Source: Chrysomallon squamiferum
Lineage: Eukaryota > Animalia > Mollusca
Direction: 5' to 3'
DNA length: 64,000 bases
Assembly: GCA_012295275.1 (NCBI GenBank)
Contig: CM022678.1
Span: 8,494,001-8,558,000 of the forward strand
Under the pieces are notes generated by a model. The model saw only the letters and a list, made by a program, of their open reading frames with translations, was not told where the DNA came from and ran no database searches. The first letter of the stretch is position 1; each line of letters opens with the position of its first letter. Shown piece after piece: positions 22,830 through 50,832 of the stretch. Made by a program: the position numbers and the translations under genes.

Positions 22830-23475
22830 CTTAGAACATGACAGTCAAACACAAAACTCTTACATTAACTAGTTTGCTGCTGTCTCTGTCTACAAGCCTC
22901 TTGGTGAGTAACCAGGTTGGCAGAACACTGTTGATGCTGAGATATGCAGCTACATTTGCCCTAAAACAAAAAATAAAGTAAGTAAATTTCAAAAACAGTA
23001 AATACTGTAACATTACAATATTTGCTTGTTACCATTGTTGAAAATCTACTTTCTTATTTTATTTCTTATTATTATGTGCTATTATCATCATCATCATTAT
23101 AATTCATCTTTTTCTTCTTATTATTGTTTTCAATTTTATTATTACTATGATTATGATTATTATTATTATTATTATTAATATTTATTGATGCAAAAAATTT
23201 AAATTTGTATGAAAACAATATCCGCATATCCCTTTTTTCAAAATCATATTTATTTTATATACATGTTCATCATAATACATATTATTATTTACAAATAAAC
23301 AATAAAATTATATATAATATTAATATTGTAACATTGAGATGGCATTATGTAACTTATAAAAGCTGGTAGTAAACTGAATTACCTGTCCATTATACACAGC
23401 ATCTGTTTAGAAACATGTTGAGCACATCTGAGTGAGTGAGTCTGTACAAATGTCTCTACAGCCAGCTGTGGAGAA
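22830..23475 (-). pseudogene. Degenerate Cys-rich EGF-like exons (copies at ~52895-53642 and a diverged one at ~50597-50778)
   Basis: Exon ~22835-22960 reads GKCSCISQHQ / fs / FCQPGYSP. The exon ending at donor ~23382 reads RDICTDSLTQMCSTC. Splice-site-like boundaries are present. Confidence 0.45.
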
Positions 23476-25338
23476 TGATTCAACAGAGAGACAAAATAAT
23501 CTCTGATATAATGCCAAATTTAAATTACGCTACAATTGCTATTTATGTAAGAACTGAACAAACATGTTCCTTTCGGTTCTTATTCTTGGCAAATTGATTT
23601 ATAGAAATGGGCCAACCACCGTTTGGCTTCAGGCCAGACGAGTCTCGATAAACCACGATATTTCGAACATACACGGATTCGAATGTATGCTACGCTTTTC
23701 AAACCAGTTTAAACTGATGCTGGACAGCCAGACTATTTTTATTTTTAATTTGGTATTGTTTTGTTTGTTGATTAGTCATTTTAATAGAATTTTAGAAATA
23801 TTTCACGAAAATCCAAATGGATTTGGATGTTTTATGTTTGTGCGAAACAAGCGTGAATCGGATTCGGAGATATGCGCACATTTTCAGTCATGGAACGAGG
23901 TAAACATGATGTAATGTGTATGTGTGACTGTGAGAGAAACAGAGAGATATTCATCGTATAAACTATAATCGTATTGTCAGTGTGTGTGCGTGTGCGTGTG
24001 CGTGTCTTGGCAATTTCATATGTAAATAAATTTATTATGACATTCTCAAACGGTAATAAGCAGAGATAAATGCACTGATCTGACAAATGTTGATTGATAA
24101 CAAAAAATATCATGTTCTTCCAAAAAAATAAACATTATATTTACTATTGGCATTGCTATTTTTCGTCGGTCAGGTCTGTCAAGAAAGGGAATTTACATCA
24201 TGGAGAAAGATGAATCACCTGTTACAGAAACGATTCTTGTGCAAACTGCAACATTCTGAGTTGTGAGAATAATTTATTTTATGTTTGTGTCTTAGAGAGT
24301 GAAATAAGTTTTGTAGAACTCTTTATTGATTATAAAATAGTGTAATAAAAATCATTTATTTGCTATTGTTTTGTAATCAGTTTAATATTATAATAATTAT
24401 GTTACATTATTTATTAATAACAAAGTATATGGAAGGTATCCCACAGCCCACTTTGTCTGAATAATAAAGTTAAATTTAAATTTTGATAATAACAGAAGTA
24501 TTAATTATTATTTTTATTATTATTTTATTTCTTTTTTTCTTTTAGAATGTACATATAGCTCTAATTGATGCGCTGATTTGGCATATGCCAGTGAAGTTGA
24601 TTCAGTAGAATGTGCTGTCCCTGCCATCAGGTATGCTGTTGTTTTTGTTTATTTATTTATTTATATTTATTATCTTGTTAAATATTAAAATATGATTTTT
24701 TTTTTTTTTAATTATTAAACTGAGTTAGTTTGACTCTGTTAAAGTTGATTTACTTTACTTCATTTTATATTTTGGAAACTATATGGTAAATTATATTTCA
24801 TTTTTCTACTTTGATTATTAAATGATAGCTGAAAAGAAGGAGAAGGATTATGATGATTGCAGTTAAATATGAAAATGTATTAATGTAGAAAGAGAGAGAA
24901 TTAAGGAATGGAGATTCAGGGAGAGAGGGAGAAGGAGAATGATATTTGGGGTGCATGTTTTGTATAATTTATCATACAGCCTAAAGAGACCTCATACTTT
25001 AAATTCAACATTTTTGAACAAGCAATTTTAAAATTTTCAGACAAATTACAACTTTTAACGCATCCAGTGAACTTCCATCAGTCGCTGAGGACACAATTAT
25101 AGTCTGCTTAAATAAAGTTTGTACTACTCCCAATCGAAAAAGAAAAAAATCGAGCAGGTGAATTTGAGTTGTTTTTATTTAAATATTTCTCATTGTTCTA
25201 AACATAATTAAGTTTAATTTAATTTAATGGAGGAGATTGCACTTTGTTAATAATATATCAATAGCTAGACATGCACGTACACAAAAATTACATTAGTATC
25301 TTGTAAACACACAGTACACTTTTTAACCATGTACATTT

Positions 25339-25369
<31 letters not shown>

Positions 25370-25477
25370 TTACCTTCATATCAGTGTTTTTTACAGTTTT
25401 GCAAACGTGTATTTCTGTGTTTTAAAACAAAAAGAAGAAGCATCATATTTTACAAATATTTTAAAATGTTTAACTTT

Positions 25478-25677
25478 NNNNNNNNNNNNNNNNNNNNNNN
25501 NNNNNNNNNNNNNNNNNNNNNNNNNNNNNNNNNNNNNNNNNNNNNNNNNNNNNNNNNNNNNNNNNNNNNNNNNNNNNNNNNNNNNNNNNNNNNNNNNNNN
25601 NNNNNNNNNNNNNNNNNNNNNNNNNNNNNNNNNNNNNNNNNNNNNNNNNNNNNNNNNNNNNNNNNNNNNNNNNNNNN
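25478..25677. other. Assembly gap (200 N)
   Basis: Run of N. Confidence 1.
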
Positions 25678-26067
25678 AAATTAAAATTCACACATACATT
25701 TACATATTATAACACACCTTACACAATGTATACACACATGTACACAGCAGGACAAAACAAATTCACACACAAGCACATGCACACACCCATAACAAGGTCA
25801 AGGGTCATATTCATCAAGCTTCCATCTGAGAATTGTTCAAGTGTGATTACAATGTGACTATTAGCAAATTCTGACAGCAACTTAGTGTTTAGTTTTTACA
25901 TGTTGTGTTGTGTTTGCATAGAGTTGTGGTTCTTAGAATGGCTTCCATATTTATTTTATTTATTGTGCGTTTTGTGTGTTAAAAGTGATATCTACTGTAC
26001 CAGAGAAATTTAATTCTGTAAAATACTTTAAATTTGAACACAAACTTTTTTATATTTTTTAATTTTT

Positions 26068-26143
<76 letters not shown>

Positions 26144-29100
26144 TTAAATTCTATGCAAAATTGTAAAATATTATTCCCATCTTCATTATTGTAATAATAA
26201 TGATTATTATTAATTTTGTTTTATAAATTTAAAGAAAAAAGTACTATTAATTTCTGAGTGTCTTGTTTTAATAAAAAAAATATTAATTAACAATAATTAA
26301 TAAGAAATATAATAAGAAAAAATACATCTGTAAAATAAAAATAGAATATAAAATAAATAATAATAGTTAAATCTAATTTTACACTGGTTTGTTTTAGCTA
26401 TATTATAGAATGCATAGATTAAATATTTTTAAGTAATTTTTTTTTTTTTTTTTTTTTGGTCCTTGCTAAAATTAATTTTAGTGATATTAATATAGAATGA
26501 AACTGGATTCACAATATTTTGAATTTAATTTTGAATTTTTTTTTTTATATATATATTTCATTTTAATTATTTTATCATTATTTTAGTTTATTTTTCCTTA
26601 CATATCCAAATGTGAGATATATCATCATTATAGGTTATTCCCCCTATCCTGATTTTTGCCAGCCCAATTTTTTCTCACCATATTTTCATTCATAAAGCAT
26701 TTTCACTGCATTTAACTGATTAAAAATGTACTTTTTTCTCCGTTTTCATATGAATTCAGTCTGATTCCAGTTATTGTTTGCATTGCATTTAGATATATGT
26801 AATATATATATATATATATACATTTCACTTAATTTCATTTAATTTTCATTATTATTCACAACCAATAATTTTGAAATTTATGTTACATATTTTTATAATC
26901 ATTTAACGAATCATATTTTAAAAAATAATAATAATTGCTTGTGTCAAATATAATTCATATGGTGTTATCTATGAGCCTGTAATATTATGCATAATTCTGT
27001 TTCTTTTCTTTTTGTAATTTTTGTTTCACGATTTCTTGTATTTGCTTTTTACACTTGAATATTGGCTGTGATACTGATAGCCTTACCTTGTTGCTGTGAA
27101 CAGGCAGTTATCTGTATATAAAAATCTCAAAGCGTGTTTCAAATTTGTTGTGTTTTTATTTTTGTTACCTCACTGTTAACTAAACTGTGAGGATTGAAAA
27201 ATCTCTTCATTACAAGCTAACACTCAAGTAACACTCAAACCAAACCTCAAACCAAAAGCTGAAGCAAACAAGCCTCAAGTTGTGGGTCTGTGGCTGGCAC
27301 CATTTAAATGAGACATCAAACGTCAGCTAGAAGATAAAGCATGCAGTGCGGCAGATACATTTTGTGTCATACGAGTGACCGTGTTTCCAGCTCACCTACA
27401 GCATTAAAACAGTGCATTGGTCATTCATCACTGCGCGCGGTCAAAGGTCAGATGTCCTGACAGGTTAAAAACAGTACTACAGACCCCACCAAAAGTATGA
27501 TGATGATATAGACACAAAGTGACTTGATATTCAACTGGAAACCAGACCGGAGAGCCTCACTGATGTGTTTTTATTGTGCAAGACTGAGTTAGCGCGAGCA
27601 GGAGAGAGATCAACTATGTTCATTGTATCAACGTGATATTATAATAATAATAATAATAATAAGAGTAATAATAATAATAATAATAGTAATAATAATAATC
27701 ATAATAATAATAATAATAATTAAAATTATAATAATCGCAACAATAATAATAATAATAATAATAATATGTTAAAAAGTAAAGAAAATAGGTTATAGGAAAT
27801 AATATAAATTAACATAAACACAAACTAATAAATCAAAATAAGTAAATGTTTTTATTCTCTGTCGTGTAATTAAATTTATTTCCCAATCTAACACTTAATT
27901 CTTATATCAAAAACTGTCATATTTCCAACTGTGTTTATGTACAGCATTTGGGGATGGTAAAAAAAAACCAACACTACAGCTTAATTCTATTTGATATGTG
28001 TGAATTAAAGCAATGAATATTTTCTGTCTTATGTACGTCTGATTATGTAAGTTCAATCACGACCTCACAAACCCCGTTTTATTCCGAAAATCGCGTCGAG
28101 ACTAAAATGTTTTTTTCTGTAAGCTATGATGGGACGTGTTGTTAGTGGATTTTTCATAGTAGTCTCTAAGTTAAAATATTGCTCCTTCATAATTGTACCA
28201 ACGTCAACACTGCGGCGATTGCAAATTACTGGGAAAATTATTTCACCTCTCGTTACATTTTCACGATCAGTATCCAGGGTGACTAAAAAGGAGTTTGGTG
28301 GTATTTTTGTTTTAGATATTTTAGATAAAAAAAATCATCTGTATTTTTAACAAAACTGGCGTGTCTACTTGCTATTGGTTTTAAATCAGAATTAAAGTAT
28401 AGTTGGTGCGTGTTACATACATTACATGTATCACTGTGTGTGTAACTGTGTAACATACTTTGTGCGTTTTTTGTTTCTATTTCTGTTTTATCTTGTTTTA
28501 TATTTTATATGCAATATGTGCATCATTGTGTATGTATCTATAGAAGTACACTTTGTTTGTTTTATATGTTTTTCTCCATAATATTTGTATGATAGTCTAT
28601 ATATCTATATAAGTATACTTTATATTTATCTATTATATGTGTAAAACTATTATTGCCTATTTAAGTAAACATTGTGTGTGTTTTATATATTCATTCTATT
28701 TTTATATCTGTTTGTATCTATGTAGGTAAACTTTGTGTTTTTTCTTCTGTATGCGTTATTAGCGTATGTGTGTCTATAGAAGTATATCTTCTGTGTCTGT
28801 AATATCTATTACGTATACACCTCTATCTAGGAATATATATATTTTTTTCTTCTTTTTTTTTTTTTTTGTTTTTTTCCTATATGATATCAGTATTGCTGTA
28901 CAACAATGTCATTAATAATAATAATAATAATAATAGTGGCAGTAGTAGAAGTGGTAGTAGTAGTAGTAGTAGTAATAGTAGTAGTAGTAGAAGTAGTAAT
29001 AGTAGTAGTAGTAGTAATAGTAGTAATAATAGTAGTAGTAGTAGTAATAGTAGTAATAATCATATTATTAATAATAATAGTTATAATAAAGATAAAAATA

Positions 29101-29159
29101 ATATTAACAATAAGTCGAAGAAGAAGAAAAAGCGAATAATAAAACAGTAGTTTAATACA

Positions 29160-30045
29160 CGTGTGTGCGTATGTAATAGTAGTAATAGTAGTAGTAGTAG
29201 TGGTAGAAATAGTAATAGTAGTAGTAGCAGTAGTTGTATGTGTGTCTATGTGTATGTGGTGTGTGAGTGTTTGTATGTGTGTGTCTGTTTTATGGTATGT
29301 GTCCGTGTGTATGTGTGTGTGTGTTTGTATGTGTGTATGTGTGTGTGTGTGTATGTGTGTGTTTGTATTTGTGTGTTTATGTGGTGTGATGTATGTGCGT
29401 GTGTTTGTATGTCTGTGTTTATGTGGTGTGTGTTTGTATGTTTGTGTTTGTATGTGGTGTGATGTGGTCTGTGTATATGTTTGTGTGTGTGCATGTGGTG
29501 TGTGTTCGTGTGGGTGTGTTCGTGTGGGTGTGTGTATGTGGGTGTGTAAGTGTGTATGTGGAGTGTGTGTATGTGTGTGTTTTTTTGTATGTGTGTGTTT
29601 GTAAGTGTTGTGTATTTGGTGTATGTGGTGTGTGTTATGTGTGTGTATGTGGTGTATGTATGTATGTGTGTGTGTGTTTGTATGTGTGTGTGTGTATGTG
29701 GTGCGTGTTTGAATGTGTGTGTGGTTGTATGTTTGTGTCTATGTGGTGTGTGTATGTGTGTGTGTGTGTGAATGTGTGTGTTTGTGTGTGTTTGTGTGTG
29801 TATGTGGTATGTGTGTGGGTGTGTATGTGGGTGTGTATCTGTATGTGGTGTGTGTGTTTGTGTGTGTGTATGTGTTATGTGTGTGTGTTTGTATGTGTGT
29901 GTGTTTATATGTGTGTGTGTTTGTATGTGTGTGCATGTGGTGTATGTCTGTGTGTGTGTGTGTTTGTATGTATGTGTGTTTTGGTGTGTGTGTACGTGGT
30001 GTGTGTTATGTGTGTGTGTTTGTATATGTGTGTATGTGTTTTCTT
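29160..30045. repeat. Degenerate (TG)n/(TGTA) low-complexity tract, preceded by (AGT/AAT)n
   Basis: About 900 bp of imperfect TG repeat, the source of many spurious Val/Cys ORFs. Confidence 0.95.
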
Positions 30046-30591
30046 CTTTTCTTTTATTTGTTTATTTCTGTTCTTGGATTAAAAAAATAAATAAATAAGA
30101 AAGTAAACTAAACTTCATGTCTAAGAGAGAAATTTATAAAATATGTCAAGCAGAATAAAAATGTAAAGTTGAAAACGTTTTTCCCACACGTGGGCCGACG
30201 GCGCGCACCTTTTGCACGTGTTGAAACATTTCTCCCGACCCGCGGGGAAAGTGCCACAGAGTTTTTTAACATGTTGAAAATGCTAGGGATCTCCAAAACA
30301 ATAATTTGTATTAGCTGTTAATAATAAATTTATAATAAATCTCAACAGTGAACTACTTTGTTCTACACTGATATTATACTCATTAATTATATTATACATA
30401 CATACACAGTTAGGTGAATACATAGGTAGCTATACAAAGAGATCACAAAACAATGTAAAACACTTTTCAAATTTAAATTAAATAATGACATAAGAATTTT
30501 ATTGATTATCATATAAATATTTTATTACAGTTTTGATTATACAAGTATATTTTAAATATTATTTGAAATAAACTATAGTTTAGATTTAAGG

Positions 30592-30673
<82 letters not shown>

Positions 30674-30948
30674 AAAATGATAAAACTTGGTGAAAATTTC
30701 AAAAGTAAATTAGAGTGTTTTAAAGTGAAATCTATTTCGTAATTTAGCAAGGTTAAACGATAAAGTAATTCATAATAAATAAATAACATATTTAAAAATA
30801 AAAATAAAGAAAGTAAACAAATTAACTAAATTAATTACCTTACAGTAAATAAATAACTGATTTTCTGTTTATTTACAAGAAAGAAATGTCTGTGGACTTT
30901 CAACTCCAAAAGAGTGCTGTGAAACTTAGTTAGCAGACAGTTTGAAGT

Positions 30949-32427
30949 TTACTTTTTACACCAAGTAAATATTTTTATGTCATTGGTATCAAACTGTGCC
31001 ACGTAGAGTTTGTTGTCATTACAACAGACACACACAGGACTGTACAGTCCATCCTGGCGTGTGAGGATCTCACGTGTAATGTTACCATCTCTTAACAACT
31101 GAACAACACAATTTCTATTTTCACTACAAACAAAAATATTTCCCTCCCTGTCACATGTAACACCTCTCAAGTTTCTCAGTTTGTCTGAATCACGTGACTT
31201 CCATTTGACGTCACCTGATGACGTCACACAAAATAAACTGTTTTCTTTGTGTGACACAACAATCAGACATTGATCGTGAACTGTGAGACTGCACGGACTG
31301 GGAATCAAATCTGTTGAGATAGAATTAATGAGCTGACCACTGTCTGTCAGTATGTCCAAGCACTGATTAGACCACTCAGTGACCGCGAGACGGTTGCCAG
31401 GTAACACAGAGATAAACTCATACTTTTTACCAGTTGTAATTGTTTTTATCAGTTTGAAGTTTTTCAAATTTAAAAACAATATTTTACTTTCATTTTGCAG
31501 AACAACGACAACAACAACATCACCCTGCTGACCACGTGACTCAGCAAGACCGTATGGATGAGTGGAAGTCACGTGTTTGTTTATCAGTGATTTTCTTTCT
31601 AAACAAAAACATTTTACACAGTCATTGTTTCTATCACTAACAACAATTTTACTGTTGTCCTCACCTGACACCAGGATGGAAAACACAACAGGATCAAATT
31701 CATCTTCTTGTGTTTCTGTGTTAATGGTGTCTGTGTGTTTGAGGGTGTCTGTCTGTTTGTCTATCTGTGTGACTGTGTGTTGCGTTTCTGTGTTAATGGT
31801 GTCTGTGTGTTTGAGGGTGTATGTCTGTTTGTCTATCTGTGTGTCTGTGTGTTGTGTTTTTGTGTTAATGGTGTCTGTATGTTGTGTTTTTGTGTTAATA
31901 GTGTCTGTGTGTTGTGTTTTTGTGTTAATGGTGTCTGTGTGTTTCAGTGTGTCTGTCACTCTGTTTATCTGTGTGTCTGTTTGGATGTTTGTGATTATTT
32001 CTCCAATGTGCACAGAAATTTCTTTCTTTTTCTCAGATTTTGTCAGATTTATTTTGAATTCTACTTTTTCTATTTGTGAAAGAGATTTTGTCAGAAACTC
32101 GGAAGTTGTGTTTTGAAGTTTGGTGAATTTTGGAAGATTTAATTTTATATCTGAATCTGAGTTTTTTTTTTTTAACAAATTTTCGCCAAGTTTTATAAAC
32201 TTTTCATTTTCATCAATCAGATGTTTGTGTTCTCCAAACAATTTGTCTATTTCTGAGTTTACAAAGTTCTGAGATTTTTCTATTTCTCTTATTAACCTGT
32301 CTTGTTCTTTGTGGACTGCGGCTGTGAAATCTGTTATTAGTGTGTTACCAATCCTTCTGACCTCTTCTGCGGTGTAAACGACATTGATCTCGACGGCTTG
32401 GTGAAGTTGCTCAATCTTATCATTCAT
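30949..32427 (-). CDS. TRIM-family coiled-coil + NHL/six-bladed beta-propeller region, intact 492-aa ORF (terminal exon; acceptor at 32506)
   Basis: Coiled-coil N-part, then NHL-like blades KIVVSDRNNDCVKCF, PYGLA, RLAVTEWSNQCLDIL, LRGVTCDREGNIFVCSENRNCVVQL, GLYSPVCVCCNDNKLYVAQFDTNDIKIF. Confidence 0.85.
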   Translation of the reverse strand: MNDKIEQLHQAVEINVVYTAEEVRRIGNTLITDFTAAVHKEQDRLIREIEKSQNFVNSEIDKLFGEHKHLIDENEKFIKLGENLLKKKNSDSDIKLNLPKFTKLQNTTSEFLTKSLSQIEKVEFKINLTKSEKKKEISVHIGEIITNIQTDTQINRVTDTLKHTDTINTKTQHTDTINTKTQHTDTINTKTQHTDTQIDKQTYTLKHTDTINTETQHTVTQIDKQTDTLKHTDTINTETQEDEFDPVVFSILVSGEDNSKIVVSDRNNDCVKCFCLERKSLINKHVTSTHPYGLAESRGQQGDVVVVVVLQNESKILFLNLKNFKLIKTITTGKKYEFISVLPGNRLAVTEWSNQCLDILTDSGQLINSISTDLIPSPCSLTVHDQCLIVVSHKENSLFCVTSSGDVKWKSRDSDKLRNLRGVTCDREGNIFVCSENRNCVVQLLRDGNITREILTRQDGLYSPVCVCCNDNKLYVAQFDTNDIKIFTWCKK

Positions 32428-32540
32428 CTCTGTCTGAAGAATTTCTTTGTAGGATTTGAGACTCTCAGAAACAGAACTCAGAATTGAAATGTGGCCTCCT
32501 TTTTAGCTGAAATAAATAAATAAATAAATAATTGATTAAT

Positions 32541-32595
<55 letters not shown>

Positions 32596-32881
32596 GAATT
32601 AGTAATTAGTACTACTACTATTAATAAATAAATAAATGATTAATTATAATAATAATAAAAATAAAAATAGGTTTAATGCTAATGCTATTAATAAAGATAT
32701 GCGTACAATTTGGAGTGTTAATGAACTTATTTTATCAACTAAATGTAAAATCTTAGTAGAAAAATGTTAGAGATAAAATGTCCTCTATTTCTTTATGCTG
32801 CTATGGTTTATAAATAAATATTTATTGTTAAATATTCACTGTATTTTTAAAATGATTTTATTGTAATCGACCTAAACACAC

Positions 32882-33178
32882 CTGACTCATAAGACTTTGA
32901 TTGTAGCCGATCATTAATGGCGTCCACCAGTGACCTGTTAATAGAGAACTGTGCTGCCCATGTTTCCCACTGGTTTCGTGCTGTCTGGGATGTTGACATT
33001 CTGTCTGCAGAATGGGCAGGAGATACGTGTGCACTTGTTATGGTATTTTTTGCTGATGTAATTCTGCAGGCATTTAGAGCAGAAAGAATGTCCACATTGA
33101 AGACTTCTTGGTTTGTCGAAAATATCAGACACAGACAGCACGAAATACTGTCATCCCAGTTTGAAGCTGTTGCCATAT
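32882..33178 (-). pseudogene. TRIM RING-finger (C3HC4) exon with two frameshifts
   Basis: MATASNWDDSISCCLC / fs / DIFDKPRSLQCGHSFCSKCLQNYI...ISCPFCRQNVNIP / fs / WAAQFSINRSL. AG acceptor at 33179-33180 and GT donor at 32880-32881. Confidence 0.9.
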
Positions 33179-33181
33179 CTG

Positions 33182-33237
<56 letters not shown>

Positions 33238-33264
33238 TATTATTATTATTATTATTATTAGTAT

Positions 33265-33303
<39 letters not shown>

Positions 33304-33811
33304 AAGTAGTAGTAGTAATTCCACTAAATTCATACGACCAATGGTATATACAAATAAATAAAATGAAATGTTAAATGTATAAACTTGCGAATACAACACT
33401 GACAATATTATAAATAAACTAAAAAAAACTCTTTGTTTATTTATTTATTTAGTTTTGTTTGTAAAATAAAAGTGCATTACGAACTTGCTAAATTTAACCT
33501 TGTGACGTCACTCTTAATTTGAGAAGGAAGACGTCAGTCTTTTGTAAATTGCGGGCGACAATACGAATATAATAAACGAAGTCGCCTGTAATAAATAATA
33601 TGAAGCAAAGAAAAAATCACAAAAACCCCAACAAACTCAACATATGTGAGTATCCATGAATGCTGCAAGTTAATTTAGCACACCACTAGAAAAGAAATCG
33701 TTTCTCGCACTACTTGTGACGAGCTACTTTTCCTGATAATCACATATCACGCACGATAAAGTAATCGTGGAATTGACTTTGACAATAATGTTTTAAAATA
33801 TCTGAGAACAC

Positions 33812-33842
<31 letters not shown>

Positions 33843-33882
33843 CAGAAGAAGAAGAAGAAGAAGAAGAAGAAGAAGAAGAATA

Positions 33883-33920
<38 letters not shown>

Positions 33921-33930
33921 TTTGACTTAC

Positions 33931-34030
33931 TTAGTCTTGAGAAATGAAAATTTTAACAGCTGAAATAATGTGAACGCTTCTTCGTCTGCAATGTCAATTT
34001 ACTCTCGCATTAGCGAAGCCCGGTATTTAC
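33931..34030 (-). other. Candidate non-coding first exon of the TRIM gene
   Basis: Strong donor TAA|GTAAGT at ~33925-33930 in a CpG-containing patch upstream of the ATG-bearing RING exon. Confidence 0.35.
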
Positions 34031-34511
34031 AGACGACACTTACTGAGTGGAAGATACCAATTCATGTAAAAAAAGGGGTAGAAGCTTTGAAGTTTTTCTA
34101 TAAAACTTTTGTTCCTTCTGCTAAAAAATAATCGTTACTTTTTTTCATTCTTGTGGTTAAGTAAACAGGATTAAAATTAACAACTACCTTAACATGGTTT
34201 GTGTACTGAATTCAGTTATAAAATGCTGGTTAGAGCCTATCACACATGTTGTAATAATGGAGATAGCAACTGGTTTTGTAGTTGGACAGAGAAAGATAAT
34301 ACATTTAAATGCCAAATTGTATCTTGTTTAAACTTGAATAGTGAACTGGCGGTATAAGGTCTTTTCGTAAGATATATAAATAAACTATAATAATGAAAAA
34401 CAGCATAGAAAGTGAATATATGATTTTTAGTCACCTATACACAGTAGTAATAAAATAATAATAAATATATATCTCTTATCTGTATGAAATAGCTTTATTT
34501 CATTTTATTTA

Positions 34512-34577
<66 letters not shown>

Positions 34578-34685
34578 CCTGATCAATAGTCGACAGTATC
34601 TACACATATTAATATTTCTGAATGTAATTTATGGTGTTATACTTATCTCGCTCAGTCTGTATAAATGCTATACTAGAAATAATAT

Positions 34686-35450
<765 letters not shown>

Positions 35451-35778
35451 CGAACTGTATGATACTGGATCTGCTTAAAAGAAAAAAAATATGTAACAAC
35501 TATTAGACATAAAAACCAGTTGGCATTTAGCTGTGTATACACACTGACACGACAGTCTTCATACCCAACTTGTTCAGTTTAACATTCTATTTGTTTACCG
35601 AGGCGAAACACACTTGACTTTGTTTAGTCACGTTTTGAATATACGCAGTCAAAAATATATTACAAATTAATTCAGTTACAAACAAAAAGGAAAGAAGTAC
35701 AAATGTAAATTAAAAAAAACAAATAATAATAATAAAAACAAAGCGGAATTAACAAATCTATTATTAATATTAGTAGTA

Positions 35779-49724
<13,946 letters not shown>

Positions 49725-49983
49725 TAATAATAATAGTAATATAATTATTATTATTGTTATTAAGAAAGAGGGATGTCTATCATTTAATAAGGGTACAGAC
49801 TATAATTGACATCAAATATTTCTGTCTCCAACAATCTGCTGACCGCGTGACTGACACAGATAAAATACTTCTTAAAATAAATCTTCTGTTATCTTTGTTG
49901 TATTCAAGGTAATACAGGGTACAGAGGAAAAACTTGGTTCAATCGCTCAATGCAATTTAAAATATATAAAATAAAATTCAAGT

Positions 49984-50037
<54 letters not shown>

Positions 50038-50832
50038 GTAAAATGCTTATTTCAATATTTGTGAAAACAAGGACTTTTTCATCTGAGACAAGACAGGCAG
50101 CCCTTGCACTTTTTGCTTTGATAGGTACACTACAGTTCAAAGAAAACAAACTACTAACCTTTCTCATACTTTTTTCTAGTAGTAACCATAGTGATATAAA
50201 CTGCCTTCAGCTTTATGAGAAATCTGTTCCCATGTCAAACCCTGACTTCTACATTCTCAGTCTGAAACAAAAGTAATTTATTATTTTAAAAATGTTTTTG
50301 ACTTGTTTCTAATCAGTTTTTTGTTTACCTCAATTTAATATTAATATAAACAACATTTAAAACAGCATGAGTTCAAAAATGATAATGACTTTATTTTATC
50401 ATTTAAAAAATTAAATAAACAAACAATAATTATAGAATTAATTAATGATAGATATAAATCACTGTCTTTTCACTGTTAACTCATTGTTCACTAAACATAC
50501 CTAATTAATAGTAACAAAATTAAAATAATATTAATATTAAAACATTCTCAGGTGGCATTAAGTAATTTATAAAATCTTGTAGTAAACTGAATTATTTGTC
50601 CATTATACCCAGCATCTGTTTACAAACATGTTGAGCACATCTCAGTGTCTGAGTCTGTACAAATTTCTCTTAACTGGCAGGACTGGAGAAGTCATGTTTT
50701 TCAATGAACGCTTCACTACACACATGGTCAAGTGGTCAACCTTGGTCTTTTTTCTGGTCAGCAGAAGACTTGTTTATCCTGTAAAGAGATAAATTACATT
50801 TATCATTGACAACCCTAATAAATAAATTGTAG

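Noticed and set aside
28866-30098. Long Val/Cys-, Ser/Asn- or His/Thr-rich ORFs
   Set aside because: These are translations of TG and AGT/AAT simple repeats, like the ORFs at 1.1-2.1, 40.0-40.3, 42.4-43.3 and 44.7-45.0 kb.
31562-32116. Plus-strand 184-aa and 123-aa ORFs
   Set aside because: Antisense shadows of the repeat linker in the TRIM ORF.
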